Assembly: GCA_910585825.1 (NCBI GenBank)
Contig: CAJUEY010000001.1
Location: 93,135 to 157,134, forward strand
Direction: 5' to 3'
DNA length: 64,000 bases
Source: an uncultured Lachnospiraceae bacterium
Lineage (GTDB): Bacteria; Bacillota; Clostridia; Lachnospirales; Lachnospiraceae
Positions 9,974 through 20,356 of this stretch are shown here, piece by piece. Each line of letters starts with the position of its first letter. Within the stretch, counting starts at the first letter, position 1. The notes under the pieces are model-generated. The model did no database searches, was not told the DNA's origin, and saw only the letters and a program-made list of their open reading frames with translations. Position numbers and translations under genes: made by a program.

Positions 9974-11011
9974 CTAATGTGTAGTATTCAAAAGCTGCTT
10001 TTCCAGCTGGTCATAATTGTAAGTCCGCTGGGGAAAATTGTTAAATCGGTTTGAATTGCAGGAACGCTTGGACAAATCGGAAGATTTGGCGGCAGAACGA
10101 GATTTCTGGTGCGCCGCATCCAATTTCAGAATATCGTTTAACGTATGTACATCCTGTTTATGCCAGTTGCCAAGAATCGTGTCTGCATATTCAAAGCTGG
10201 GTTTGCCGGTCGCCTGAATCGTACGACGGCAGGCTTCTTTGATAATATCCATGGAAAGGGCATAAGAGCCTGTCCATTTCTGAATGGTCTGGACTTCGGA
10301 GGAAATAAGGCTGCGGCCGGTGATGCCGAATGCTTTCATTACGGCATACACATCCTGATGGTGCATGCGGTGTTCCCTCTTTGCCTCTTCCACAGAAGTA
10401 ATATGAGCATCTTTCCAGGAAAGGGCGACTTTGTCCATATAGCGAAGGCTGGTATGGCCGTTGCTGACACAGATCTCAATAAGATATTCGATCAGCTCTG
10501 TGGAAAACGAAAGATTGTCATACCAGTATAAGATCGTCTGAATGTCGGTAGAATTTAATGTTCTGCCAAGGTAATTTTCGGTGATGAACAGTACTTCCTG
10601 AATCCCTTCGTCCTTTTGAAACTCTTCTAGCTGCTCTAAAGTATAAGAAAAGGAGGAGGAGCCGGAAGTGTTTTTGGGAGCGGGCGCAGCCGGCGGCAGA
10701 GCATCTGCCGTGGGAAGCTTTAGTGAAATTTTGGATACTTCATGATCCGCATCGTATTCCATGTGCAGAAGGCGCATCTTCTCCCAGTAGGTCAGAGCGC
10801 GTAAAATATCTTTTTCCGTATGTTCAAACACATCTGCAAGTTCGGAAATAGAACAGGTCTGCCGGCTTTGATCCATACACCGGAGCAGATAGAGATAAAT
10901 TTTTACGAATTCTCCATTTGCATTTGTCATATACTTGTCTATGAAGATATTAGGAACACAGGTAGAAGACAATAAACTACCGCAGTCCAATGTAATGTCA
11001 GCCATAATCAT
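9974..11011 (-). CDS. DnaD-domain replication protein
   Basis: N-terminal VKIYLYLL winged-helix-like region; two DnaD-type repeats (LRYMDKVALSW, FEYADTILGNW). Confidence 0.87.
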   Translation of the reverse strand: MIMADITLDCGSLLSSTCVPNIFIDKYMTNANGEFVKIYLYLLRCMDQSRQTCSISELADVFEHTEKDILRALTYWEKMRLLHMEYDADHEVSKISLKLPTADALPPAAPAPKNTSGSSSFSYTLEQLEEFQKDEGIQEVLFITENYLGRTLNSTDIQTILYWYDNLSFSTELIEYLIEICVSNGHTSLRYMDKVALSWKDAHITSVEEAKREHRMHHQDVYAVMKAFGITGRSLISSEVQTIQKWTGSYALSMDIIKEACRRTIQATGKPSFEYADTILGNWHKQDVHTLNDILKLDAAHQKSRSAAKSSDLSKRSCNSNRFNNFPQRTYNYDQLEKQLLNTTH

Positions 11012-11042
11012 ACCCTCTCTAACGCTTTCTAATCTGTTCCAG

Positions 11043-11051
11043 ATTATAGCA
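11043..11051 (-). promoter_or_regulatory. Extended -10 promoter of the dnaD-dnaC-prs operon
   Basis: Minus strand TGCTATAAT about 30 nt upstream of the start codon. Confidence 0.6.
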
Positions 11052-11117
11052 TGCCTTCTTCAAATTGAAAAGAGTTAATTTTGACGGAAAGCCCTGAAAA
11101 TCAAGGAGTTGCACAAT

Positions 11118-11233
11118 TGTGGATAATGTGGATAAAGTTCCGGAATAGCTAAAATAAGCAGGAAAAACGGGAAAATAAATCCACATTCCGAATGTAAATA
11201 AACTGACTTTCAAAATGTGGATAATGTGGATAA
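11118..11233. promoter_or_regulatory. DnaA-box cluster
   Basis: TGTGGATAA (reverse complement of TTATCCACA) at 11118, 11127, 11216 and 11225; degenerate boxes at 11177 and 11193. Confidence 0.85.
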
Positions 11234-11234
11234 C

Positions 11235-12617
11235 TTATTTTTTTAAGAGATCTTCTCCGATATTAACGACGTTTCCGGCTCCCATAGTTATCAACAAATC
11301 ACCTTTTGTACATTTTTTTTGTAAAAAGGCTTCGATTTCTTCAAAAGAAGGGAAATACCATACTTCTGTACCAAGTTCCTTTAAGGCGTCGGCAAGATCT
11401 TTGGAGCTGATCCCCAGGGTTTCGGTTTCTCTTGCTGCGTAGATATCCGCCAGCACCACAATATCAGAAGAAGAAAGGGCTTTTGCAAAATCGGAGAGAA
11501 AAGCCTTTGTTCTGGAATAAGTGTGGGGCTGAAAGACACAAATGATCCGGTTGTGAGGATAATTTGCAGCGGCTGTTAAAGTAGCTGCGATTTCTGTGGG
11601 ATGATGGGCATAATCGTCTATGACCGTTACATTCTCCTGAAACATGCCTTTAAACTGGAATCTGCGGTCCGTTCCTTCATAAAGGGAAATGCCTTCCATA
11701 ATAGAAGGAAGGGGCAGATGAAATTCCAGAGCGGCTGCAATTGCCGCAAGAGAATTTGAAACGTTATGCATGCCGGGAACCGAAAGGGAAATTTCTGCAA
11801 CAGCCTTCTGGCCGTGCATCAGTGTATAAGAGGCGCATCCTTTGTCATTAAAAACAACAGATGCCGGATAGTAATCACAGGAATTACAGAGTCCAAACGT
11901 GACAACGGAAACAGAAAGTCCGTCAACGATTTCAGAATAATTGTCAATCTCGCCGTTGATAAAAACGGTGCCTCCGGGCTGGGTGTTGGCTGCAAACCGC
12001 CGGAATGAATCCCGGATCTCCGCCAAATCCAGAAAGAAATCCATGTGATCCTCTTCGATATTAAGGATGAGGCTGTATTTGGGGTGGAAATTCAAAAAGC
12101 TGTTGGTGTATTCACAGGCCTCCGTCAAAAAGACGTCAGAATGGCCCACCCGGATATTGCCGCCGATGTCCTTTAATATTCCGCCCACAGAAACCGTAGG
12201 ATCTGTTTTGGCGGATAGAAGGATGCGGCTTAACATGGAAGTAGTGGTTGTTTTGCCGTGGGTTCCGGATACCGCAAAAGAATTGGCATAGTTATCCATA
12301 ATCTGTCCTAAAAACTCTGCACGGGAGAGCATGGGAAGGCCGGCTGCTTTTGCTGCGGCAAATTCCGGATTATCTTCATGTATGGCCGCAGTAAATACAA
12401 CGGCGTTTATGTCAGGGGTAATATTGGCAGCGGATTGAGGATAGGAAATGTGTGCTCCGTGGGTGGATAGCTGCGCTGTCAGAGGAGACTCCTTTGCGTC
12501 GGAACCGGAAACGGTAAAGCCTTCTTCTAAGAGAATTTCGGCAAGTCCGCTCATGCTGATGCCGCCGATGCCAATAAAATGGATGTGAATGGGTTCGTTG
12601 AAGTTGATTTGATACAT
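11235..12617 (-). CDS. murC: UDP-N-acetylmuramate--L-alanine ligase
   Basis: IHFIGIGGISMSGLA, GTHGKTTTT, DDYAHHPTEI, FQPHTYSR. Confidence 0.96.
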   Translation of the reverse strand: MYQINFNEPIHIHFIGIGGISMSGLAEILLEEGFTVSGSDAKESPLTAQLSTHGAHISYPQSAANITPDINAVVFTAAIHEDNPEFAAAKAAGLPMLSRAEFLGQIMDNYANSFAVSGTHGKTTTTSMLSRILLSAKTDPTVSVGGILKDIGGNIRVGHSDVFLTEACEYTNSFLNFHPKYSLILNIEEDHMDFFLDLAEIRDSFRRFAANTQPGGTVFINGEIDNYSEIVDGLSVSVVTFGLCNSCDYYPASVVFNDKGCASYTLMHGQKAVAEISLSVPGMHNVSNSLAAIAAALEFHLPLPSIMEGISLYEGTDRRFQFKGMFQENVTVIDDYAHHPTEIAATLTAAANYPHNRIICVFQPHTYSRTKAFLSDFAKALSSSDIVVLADIYAARETETLGISSKDLADALKELGTEVWYFPSFEEIEAFLQKKCTKGDLLITMGAGNVVNIGEDLLKK

Positions 12618-12748
12618 AATCTTTACCTGTCCAATCTTGATTATAAAAATTTTTTATCTGTATATATTATAACCAACTATTTCTTTTTTGGAAATTCGTT
12701 AAAATTTACAAAAATATGTAAAAAAAGGGGTTCAACTTGTGAAAAGTG

Positions 12749-12778
12749 TTGTACAAAAAATAATAAGTATGGTATAAT
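12749..12778 (+). promoter_or_regulatory. Sigma-A promoter of glgCD
   Basis: TTGTAC-N18-TATAAT with TG extension. Confidence 0.6.
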
Positions 12779-12817
12779 TGGCATATCACATAATGAAAGT
12801 TGACAGAGGTGAGTAAG

Positions 12818-14092
12818 ATGATTCGAAAAAAAATGATGGCAATGCTGTTGGCGGGCGGGCAGGGGAGTCGGCTTGGCGTTCTGACTGCCAATGTAGCGAA
12901 GCCTGCGGTAGCATTTGGCGGCAAGTACCGTATTATTGATTTCCCTTTGAGTAACTGTATTAATTCGGGAATTGATACAGTGGGAGTTTTGACGCAGTAT
13001 CAGCCGCTTCGGTTGAATTCCCATATCGGAATCGGTATTCCGTGGGATTTGGACCGAAACAACGGAGGCGTGACGGTTTTACCACCCTATGAGAAGAGTG
13101 ACAGCAGCGAGTGGTATTCAGGTACGGCCAATGCGATTTATCAGAACTTAAGCTATATCGAAAGTTACAATCCGGAATATGTGCTGATTCTTTCAGGAGA
13201 CCATATCTATAAAATGGATTATGAAGTCATGTTGGATTTCCATAAGGAAAATCAAGCGGATGTTACGCTTGCAGCGATGCCGGTGCCAATGGAAGAAGCC
13301 AGCCGGTTTGGCATTGTAATTACGGATGAAAACAGAAAGATTCTCGAATTTGAAGAAAAGCCGGAGAATCCCAGAAGCAATCTGGCATCTATGGGTATTT
13401 ACATTTTTACCTGGAGCGTGCTGCGGGATGCGTTAATTGCCAAGAAAGATCAGAATAACTGTGATTTCGGAAAGCATATTATTCCCTATTGCCACGAGGG
13501 CGGCAAGAGATTGTTTGCATATGAATATAACGGATATTGGAAGGATGTCGGAACATTAGGCTCCTACTGGGAAGCAAATATGGAGCTCGTAGATTTGATT
13601 CCGGAATTCAATTTATACGAAGAATACTGGAAAATTTATACCAGAACGGATAATGTAGAGCCGCAGTACGTTTCTTCCGAATCCATTACCGAGAAGAGCA
13701 TTATCGGTGAAGGCGCAGAAATTTTCGGAGAAGTATATCATTCCGTAATCGGCGCCGGAGTGACGATTGGAAAAGGAACCGTTGTAAGAGATTCTATTAT
13801 TATGAAAGATACAAGGATCGGTGAAAACTGTTCGATCAATAAAGCGATTATTGCTGAAGACTGTGAGATCGGCGATGATGTGCAGATGGGAATCGGAGAA
13901 GAAGCAAAGAGCAAACTGAATGAAGAGATCTATGCGTTTGGACTGGTCACCATTGGGGAAAATTCCTATATACCATCAAAAGTACAGATCGGCAAGAATA
14001 CAGCAATTGCCGGCATAACAGAAAAAGAAGACTATCCGGACGGTGTGCTTGCCGGAGGAGAATATATTATTAAGGCAGGTGAGGGAAAATGA
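12818..14092 (+). CDS. glgC: Glucose-1-phosphate adenylyltransferase
   Basis: [42 protein letters not shown]. Confidence 0.96.
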   Translation: MIRKKMMAMLLAGGQGSRLGVLTANVAKPAVAFGGKYRIIDFPLSNCINSGIDTVGVLTQYQPLRLNSHIGIGIPWDLDRNNGGVTVLPPYEKSDSSEWYSGTANAIYQNLSYIESYNPEYVLILSGDHIYKMDYEVMLDFHKENQADVTLAAMPVPMEEASRFGIVITDENRKILEFEEKPENPRSNLASMGIYIFTWSVLRDALIAKKDQNNCDFGKHIIPYCHEGGKRLFAYEYNGYWKDVGTLGSYWEANMELVDLIPEFNLYEEYWKIYTRTDNVEPQYVSSESITEKSIIGEGAEIFGEVYHSVIGAGVTIGKGTVVRDSIIMKDTRIGENCSINKAIIAEDCEIGDDVQMGIGEEAKSKLNEEIYAFGLVTIGENSYIPSKVQIGKNTAIAGITEKEDYPDGVLAGGEYIIKAGEGK

Positions 14093-15207
14093 AGGCATTA
14101 GGAATCATTCTCGCTGGAGGCAGCAGCAACCGTATGCAGGAACTGACAAATCACAGAGCGGTTTCGGCAATGCCGGTAGGTGGAAGCTATCGTTGTATTG
14201 ATTTTGCGCTGAGCAGTATGAGCAGTTCCCGTATCAATACCGTGGCTGTTTTGACACAGTATAATGCAAGATCTTTAAACGAACACCTGAGTTCTTCCAA
14301 ATGGTGGGACTTCGGAAGAAAGCAGGGCGGTCTTTATACATTTACACCAACTGTTACAGCAACGAATAACTGGTGGTACCGGGGAACTGCAGATGCAATG
14401 TATCAGAACATTGATTTCCTGCGGAGACGCCATGAACCCTATGTGATCATCACCAGCGGAGACTGCATTTATAAGGTGGATTTTAATGAGCTTTTAGATT
14501 ATCATATTGAGAAGAAAGCGGATATCACCATTGTATGCAGGGATATGCCTGCAGGCATAGATGTCAGCCGCTACGGAATTGTCCGGATGAACGAAGAATC
14601 AAGGATTGTAGAATTTGAAGAGAAGCCGATGATGGCAAGCTCCAATACCATATCCACAGGTATTTACATTATCCGCCGCCGTCAGCTGATTGAGATGTTA
14701 GAACGGTGTGCAGAAGAAGAACGTTATGATTTTGTTTCGGATATTCTGATTCGTTATAAAAATATGAAACGGATTTACGGATACAAATTAAAGACATACT
14801 GGAGCAACATTGCATCTGTAGAATCATATTATCAGACGAATATGGATTTTCTGAAACCGGAAGTTCGGAAATTCTTCTTCCGTGACGAGCCTAAGATTGC
14901 TACAAAGGTGGATGATCTTCCGCCGGCAAAATACAACGCTGGCTCTGACGTTCGCAACAGCTTAGTGGCCAGTGGATGTATCATTAACAGTAAAGTGGAG
15001 AATTCCATTTTGTTTAAGAAAACGTTTGTGGGCAAGAATTGTGTAATTAAAAATTCTATCATATTAAATGACGTATATATCGGAGACAACACACATATAG
15101 AGAACTGCATCGTAGAAAGCCGCAATACGCTGCGCGCCAACACGTATTACTGCGGAGATGAGGCGGTAAAGGTTGTCTGTGAAGATAATGCCAGATATGT
15201 TATGTAA
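14089..15207 (+). CDS. glgD: ADP-glucose pyrophosphorylase subunit GlgD
   Basis: GlgC paralogue with degenerate catalytic motifs; ATGA overlap with glgC. Confidence 0.92.
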   Translation: MKALGIILAGGSSNRMQELTNHRAVSAMPVGGSYRCIDFALSSMSSSRINTVAVLTQYNARSLNEHLSSSKWWDFGRKQGGLYTFTPTVTATNNWWYRGTADAMYQNIDFLRRRHEPYVIITSGDCIYKVDFNELLDYHIEKKADITIVCRDMPAGIDVSRYGIVRMNEESRIVEFEEKPMMASSNTISTGIYIIRRRQLIEMLERCAEEERYDFVSDILIRYKNMKRIYGYKLKTYWSNIASVESYYQTNMDFLKPEVRKFFFRDEPKIATKVDDLPPAKYNAGSDVRNSLVASGCIINSKVENSILFKKTFVGKNCVIKNSIILNDVYIGDNTHIENCIVESRNTLRANTYYCGDEAVKVVCEDNARYVM

Positions 15208-15370
15208 TCTAAGTAATGATTAGGCTGTGGTATGCCTTTGGCAAAGAGCCGGAGTTCCTGTTAAAGGAATAAAGATGTTCTTGCGGATTTTGCAGCAAGG
15301 TACAAAGCCTCAAGCTAAATAGTTACAATCTAAATGCAGAATAAGCGAAAGGAGAAGGGGGCATAGGAGT

Positions 15371-15640
15371 ATGCAGATTACTGATGTAAGGATTCGGAAG
15401 GTTGAAAAAGAAGGCAAAATGAAAGCCGTCGTGTCAATTACGATTGATGAAGAATTTGTGGTACATGATATTAAGGTGATTGAAGGCGAAAGGGGTTTGT
15501 TTATAGCAATGCCGAGCCGCAAAGCAGCGGATGGGGAGTACCGCGATGTGGCGCATCCCATTAATTCAGATACCAGAGAGAACATTCAGAATTTGATCTT
15601 AGAAAAATATCAGGCAGAAATTATGACTATGGGTGAATAA
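15371..15640 (+). CDS. spoVG: Septation regulator SpoVG
   Basis: [35 protein letters not shown]. Confidence 0.96.
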   Translation: MQITDVRIRKVEKEGKMKAVVSITIDEEFVVHDIKVIEGERGLFIAMPSRKAADGEYRDVAHPINSDTRENIQNLILEKYQAEIMTMGE

Positions 15641-15647
15641 GATAGAG

Positions 15648-15675
15648 TCCCCTCGTTGGAGAGCGAGGGGATTTT
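15648..15675 (+). terminator. Terminator after spoVG
   Basis: TCCCCTCG..CGAGGGGA followed by TTTT. Confidence 0.7.
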
Positions 15676-15853
15676 CGTTGTCGTGCATTTCAAAGAAAAT
15701 GCCGGCGGCAGATGTATAAAAAGATTTTTCAGCAGAAGTTGAAAAATCTTTTTGTTTACGTTAGAATAAAACCCGACTTTTATAAGGAAATGTATGATGT
15801 TAGAAAAATTAAGAAAACTAATTTTAAGAAAAGATTCTGTGGAGGATGAAATT

Positions 15854-16429
15854 ATGTATGTAATAGCAGGACTTGGAAATCCTGGCAGAAAATATGAAAA
15901 TACCCGCCATAATGTGGGATTTGATGTCATTGACGCACTGGCGGCAAAATATAATATCAGCATGAATGAGAAAAAACACAAAGCGGTTTGCGGCAGGGGC
16001 CTTGTGGCGGGAGTGCGGGCGCTGTTAGTGAAGCCTCAGACGTATATGAATTTGAGCGGAGACAGCATTGCGGATGTTTTGCATTTTTACAAGCTGGACC
16101 CGGCTGAGCATTTGATTGTTATTTTCGATGATATCAGCTTAAATCCCGGCAATATCCGTATTCGCGCAAAGGGGAGCGCAGGAGGCCATAACGGGATCAA
16201 AAGCATCATTGCCAGAACCGGAAGCAGCGGTTTTTCCAGAATCAAAATAGGGGTGGGAGAGAAACCGGAAGGCTGGGATCTGGCAGATTATGTGCTGGGG
16301 AGTTTTTCAAAAGAAGAACGAAAGTGCGTGGAGGATGCAATAAAAGATGCCGTATCTGCGGTGGAATATATGGTGCAGGATGAAATTACCCGTGCCATGA
16401 ATGAATTTAATGTAAAGAAACGAGAGTAG
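15854..16429 (+). CDS. pth: Peptidyl-tRNA hydrolase
   Basis: GLGNPG, TRHNVGF, KPQTYMNLSG, GGHNGIKS; RBS GGAGG before ATG 15854. Confidence 0.96.
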   Translation: MYVIAGLGNPGRKYENTRHNVGFDVIDALAAKYNISMNEKKHKAVCGRGLVAGVRALLVKPQTYMNLSGDSIADVLHFYKLDPAEHLIVIFDDISLNPGNIRIRAKGSAGGHNGIKSIIARTGSSGFSRIKIGVGEKPEGWDLADYVLGSFSKEERKCVEDAIKDAVSAVEYMVQDEITRAMNEFNVKKRE

Positions 16430-16430
16430 T

Positions 16431-19400
16431 ATGAGGGCATTTTTAGAACCGCTGCGTTCTATGGAAGAAATTTCCAGATTAGAGGCGCAGTTGAAAAAAG
16501 AACCGGGAATTCGGATGATTTCCGGATGTATTGATTCCCAGAAACCGCATTTGATGTACGGTATCGGGAGTGATTTTCAAAATAAAATCATTGTCACCTT
16601 TCATGAGCAGAGAGCCAGAGAGATTTACGAAGAATATCTTTTTTTTGATAAGTCGGCAGTTTATTATCCGGCAAAAGATATTTTGTTTTATCAGTCTGAT
16701 CTGCGGGGGAATGTGCTGACCAGGGAGAGGATTTCTGCGCTGCGGCAGATTGCGGAGCAGAATAAAGTTACACTGGTTACAACTTATGATGCGCTGATGA
16801 ACCGTATGCCGGGGCCGGAGAAGTTCATTCGGGCAGTGAGAAACTATTCTGTAGGAGATGAAATAGATTTAGAACAGTTTCGCAGAAAGCTGACCGGCAT
16901 GGGCTACGAGGCGGTATATCAGGTGGAAACCGCGGGACAGTTTGCAATCCGGGGCGGCATTATTGATGTGTTTCCCCTGACAGAAGAAAATCCATACCGA
17001 ATGGAGCTGTGGGGGGATGAGATAGATTCTCTGCGGAGTTTTGACGTAGAAAGCCAGCGTTCGATTGAAAATATGGAGAGCATTGAAATCTATCCCGCGG
17101 CGGAGCTGATTTTGACCGACCGGGAAAAAGACGCAGGCGTGCAGCGGATCAGGGAAGATGCAGACCGGCTGTACCATCAGTATCGCAAAGAGATGAAAAC
17201 GGAAGAGGCCGCCAGGATCAAACAAGCCTCCGGGGAGATTTTAGAAGAGATTTTGGAGAGGGCGGGCATTGACGGAATTGATGCCTACCTGACGTATTTT
17301 GATCAGTCCTGTGTTTCCCTTCTGGATTATTTTGAAGAAAAAAATACGCTGATTTTTCTGGATGAGGCAGGACGATGTACGGAAAGAGGCCGGATGACAG
17401 AACAGGAATTTTCAGAGAGCATGAAACTGCGTCTGGAAAAAGGATATATCCTGCCGGGGCAGATGGAGGCTTTGTTTACCTGTGAAGAAACGGCGGCAAA
17501 GTTACAAAGAAGAAGGTGCGTTTCTCTTGCGGCCCTTGAAGTGAGGGGAGGAGAGCTTGCGCCTCTTTCCTGTTATGGAATTTCAGCCAGAAACATTGCC
17601 GCTTATAATAACAGTTTTGAACTTTTGGTAAAAGATTTAAATCTATATAAAAAGAAGAACTATGGGGTAATTCTGTTGTCCGGCTCCAGAACCAGAGCAA
17701 AACGTCTGGCAGAAGATCTTATGGCGGAAGGCTTAAACAGTTTTTATTCCGAAGATTACGACCATGAGGTAAAGCCCGGCGAAATTATGACGATTTACGG
17801 AAAAGTGAAAAAAGGATATGAGTATCCGCTGCTTTCGTTTGCCGTAATTTCTGAAAGCGATATTTTCGGAAAAGAAAAAAAGAAAAAGAAAAAGCGAAAA
17901 CTATACGAAGGGGATAAGATATCGTCATTCTCCGAATTGTCCATCGGCGATTATGTGGTGCACGAAAACCACGGTCTGGGGATTTACCGGGGAATCGAAA
18001 AAATTGAAGTGGAAAAGACGGTCAAAGATTATATTCGGATAGAGTATGATAAGGGCAGCAGTCTTTATATTCTGGCAACACAGCTTGACATGATTCAAAA
18101 ATATGCCAAAGCGGATGCGAAGAAGCCAAAACTGAATAAACTGGGAGGACAGGAGTGGCATAAGACAAAGACCAGAGTGCAGGGGGCGGTAAAGGAAATT
18201 GCCGCTGATCTGGTTGCCCTTTATGCCAAACGACAGCAGAACGAAGGATATGCTTATGGAGCGGATACTGTCTGGCAGAGGGAGTTTGAAGAAATGTTTC
18301 CCTTTGAGGAGACGGAGGATCAGGAGGCGGCAATCCTGGCTACAAAACGGGATATGGAAAGCAAAAAAATCATGGATCGCCTGATCTGCGGCGATGTGGG
18401 ATACGGCAAAACGGAAATTGCGATTCGAGCGGCATTTAAAGCCGTACAGGAGGGCAAACAGGTGGTGTATCTGGTGCCCACAACGATCCTTGCCCAGCAG
18501 CATTACAACACCTTCGTACAGCGGATGAAGGACTTTCCCGTGACAGTGGATTTGCTCTGCCGTTTCAAAAGCACGGCGGAACAAAAAAAGACGGTGGCAG
18601 AAATAAAACGGGGAATGGTAGACATCGTAATAGGAACTCACAGAGTCCTTTCGGAAGATGTTGTTTTTAAGGATCTGGGACTGTTGATTATTGATGAAGA
18701 GCAGCGGTTTGGAGTCGTCCACAAAGAAAAGATCAAGCAGATGAAATATACGGTGGATGTATTGACGCTGACGGCGACTCCGATTCCCAGGACGCTTCAT
18801 ATGAGCCTGATTGGAATCAGAGATATGAGCGTTTTAGAGGAGCCTCCTTTAGACCGCCTGCCCATTCAGACGTATGTTATGGAATACAACGAAGAAATGG
18901 TCAGAGAGGCGATTGCACGGGAGCTTGCAAGAAACGGGCAGGTCTATTACGTGTTTAACCGGGTAAAGCAGATTGCGGATGTTACGGCGAAAATCGCGTC
19001 TCTTTTGCCGGAGGCGTGTGTGGAATTTGCCCATGGACAGATGAAAGAGAGAGAATTGGAAAATATCATGTATCGTTTTATCAACGGAGAAATTGACGTT
19101 TTGGTATCTACCACGATTATTGAGACGGGGCTGGATATTTCCAATGTGAATACAATGATTATCCATGACGCAGATAATATGGGGCTGTCCCAGCTTTACC
19201 AGCTGAGAGGAAGAGTGGGAAGGTCAAATCGTACTTCTTATGCATTTTTGATGTACAGACGGGACAAAATGCTAAAAGAAATAGCGGAAAAGCGTCTGGC
19301 GGCGATTAAGGAATATACAGATCTTGGCAGCGGTTTTAAAATTGCCATGCGGGATCTGGAAATCCGGGGCGCCGGAAATCTGCTTGGAGCCAAACAGCAC

Positions 19401-19967
19401 GGACATATGGCGGCGGTAGGGTATGATCTGTACTGCAAGATGCTGAATGAGGCGGTAAAAGAGGCAAAAGGAATCAAGACTTTTGAACATTATGAAACCT
19501 CTATTGACGTGGATATTGACGCTTATATTCCCGAAAATTATGTTCCAAACGAAACCCAGAAACTGGATCTGTATAAGCGGATTGCGGGCATTGAAAATAA
19601 AGAAGAGAAAGAAGAAATGCTGGAAGAATTGATAGATCGTTTTGGAGATCCGCCAAAATCTGTGGAAAATCTTCTGATGCTGGCAGAATACAAATCCACT
19701 GCGCACAAATATTATTTCACAGAAGTGGCGCAGAAGGGAGAAGAAGTACGGTTTACACTGTTTGAACGGGCGAAGGTCAATCCGGCGAAAATACCGGAAT
19801 TTGTGGCGCAGTATGGAGGAAAAATGAAATTTTATGCGGATAAGAAACTGCCTTGTTTCGTTTATCTGCTGAAAATGAATTCCAGACAAAAAGAGACGGC
19901 TATGGAAGTGATCGAAAAAGTGCTTTTGAATGCCAAGATGCTTTGCGAGGATTTAGAAGTGATTTGA
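16431..19967 (+). CDS. mfd: Transcription-repair coupling factor
   Basis: MDRLICGDVGYGKTE, DEEQRFG, TATPIPRTL, QLRGRVGRS, C-terminal TRCF domain. Confidence 0.97.
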   Translation: MRAFLEPLRSMEEISRLEAQLKKEPGIRMISGCIDSQKPHLMYGIGSDFQNKIIVTFHEQRAREIYEEYLFFDKSAVYYPAKDILFYQSDLRGNVLTRERISALRQIAEQNKVTLVTTYDALMNRMPGPEKFIRAVRNYSVGDEIDLEQFRRKLTGMGYEAVYQVETAGQFAIRGGIIDVFPLTEENPYRMELWGDEIDSLRSFDVESQRSIENMESIEIYPAAELILTDREKDAGVQRIREDADRLYHQYRKEMKTEEAARIKQASGEILEEILERAGIDGIDAYLTYFDQSCVSLLDYFEEKNTLIFLDEAGRCTERGRMTEQEFSESMKLRLEKGYILPGQMEALFTCEETAAKLQRRRCVSLAALEVRGGELAPLSCYGISARNIAAYNNSFELLVKDLNLYKKKNYGVILLSGSRTRAKRLAEDLMAEGLNSFYSEDYDHEVKPGEIMTIYGKVKKGYEYPLLSFAVISESDIFGKEKKKKKKRKLYEGDKISSFSELSIGDYVVHENHGLGIYRGIEKIEVEKTVKDYIRIEYDKGSSLYILATQLDMIQKYAKADAKKPKLNKLGGQEWHKTKTRVQGAVKEIAADLVALYAKRQQNEGYAYGADTVWQREFEEMFPFEETEDQEAAILATKRDMESKKIMDRLICGDVGYGKTEIAIRAAFKAVQEGKQVVYLVPTTILAQQHYNTFVQRMKDFPVTVDLLCRFKSTAEQKKTVAEIKRGMVDIVIGTHRVLSEDVVFKDLGLLIIDEEQRFGVVHKEKIKQMKYTVDVLTLTATPIPRTLHMSLIGIRDMSVLEEPPLDRLPIQTYVMEYNEEMVREAIARELARNGQVYYVFNRVKQIADVTAKIASLLPEACVEFAHGQMKERELENIMYRFINGEIDVLVSTTIIETGLDISNVNTMIIHDADNMGLSQLYQLRGRVGRSNRTSYAFLMYRRDKMLKEIAEKRLAAIKEYTDLGSGFKIAMRDLEIRGAGNLLGAKQHGHMAAVGYDLYCKMLNEAVKEAKGIKTFEHYETSIDVDIDAYIPENYVPNETQKLDLYKRIAGIENKEEKEEMLEELIDRFGDPPKSVENLLMLAEYKSTAHKYYFTEVAQKGEEVRFTLFERAKVNPAKIPEFVAQYGGKMKFYADKKLPCFVYLLKMNSRQKETAMEVIEKVLLNAKMLCEDLEVI

Positions 19968-20060
19968 AACCGGGAGGCAAACTGCGCTGTGTGAGATTAC
20001 ACATATAAATGGGTTTCATTTGGATACTGCTTGTCTGTGTATGCCATAACGGACAGATAG

Positions 20061-20098
20061 AAAAGGTGTAGAGCTTATGAGAATTTAAGCTCTACACC
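20061..20098. terminator. Bidirectional terminator between mfd and the islet
   Basis: 13-bp stem GGTGTAGAGCTTA/TAAGCTCTACACC. Confidence 0.75.
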
Positions 20099-20102
20099 AT
20101 GT

Positions 20103-20348
20103 TTATGAAATTGTCTTGTCGGTGTTTGCTTTGCAGACAATGAGAATCAGGTCGCAATTTGGACAGTACCAGGCAGGTTGTTTTGTTATGCCGAATAGTT
20201 TGAGAGGTCCAATGCGAAAACCTTCTTTTTCTTTGGAGCCCCGGAAGAAAAGTTTATCACAGGACTGTCCTTTTGGAATCCATCTGACGCTTCCTCCTGT
20301 TGGAATAAATCCTTCTTTCATTTCATAGTTGCAATATTTACAAATCAT
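20103..20348 (-). CDS. Small Zn-ribbon protein (PF20097/DUF6487-like)
   Basis: CKYC...EMKEG at the N-terminus and AWYCPNC at the C-terminus. Confidence 0.7.
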   Translation of the reverse strand: MICKYCNYEMKEGFIPTGGSVRWIPKGQSCDKLFFRGSKEKEGFRIGPLKLFGITKQPAWYCPNCDLILIVCKANTDKTIS

Positions 20349-20356
20349 ATAAACCT

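Noticed and set aside
11100..11235. oriC
   Set aside because: DnaA boxes are present, but there is no adjacent dnaA/dnaN and no recognisable unwinding element or DnaA-trio run; treated as a regulatory cluster
15262..15290. Sigma-H promoter for spoVG
   Set aside because: AGGA-N16-GGAT deviates from the consensus in both spacing and the -10; too weak to call
17925..18800. Long antisense ORFs (for example 291 aa opposite mfd, 270 aa opposite sialidase 2)
   Set aside because: Shadow ORFs of well-supported genes, with no RBS or protein motifs
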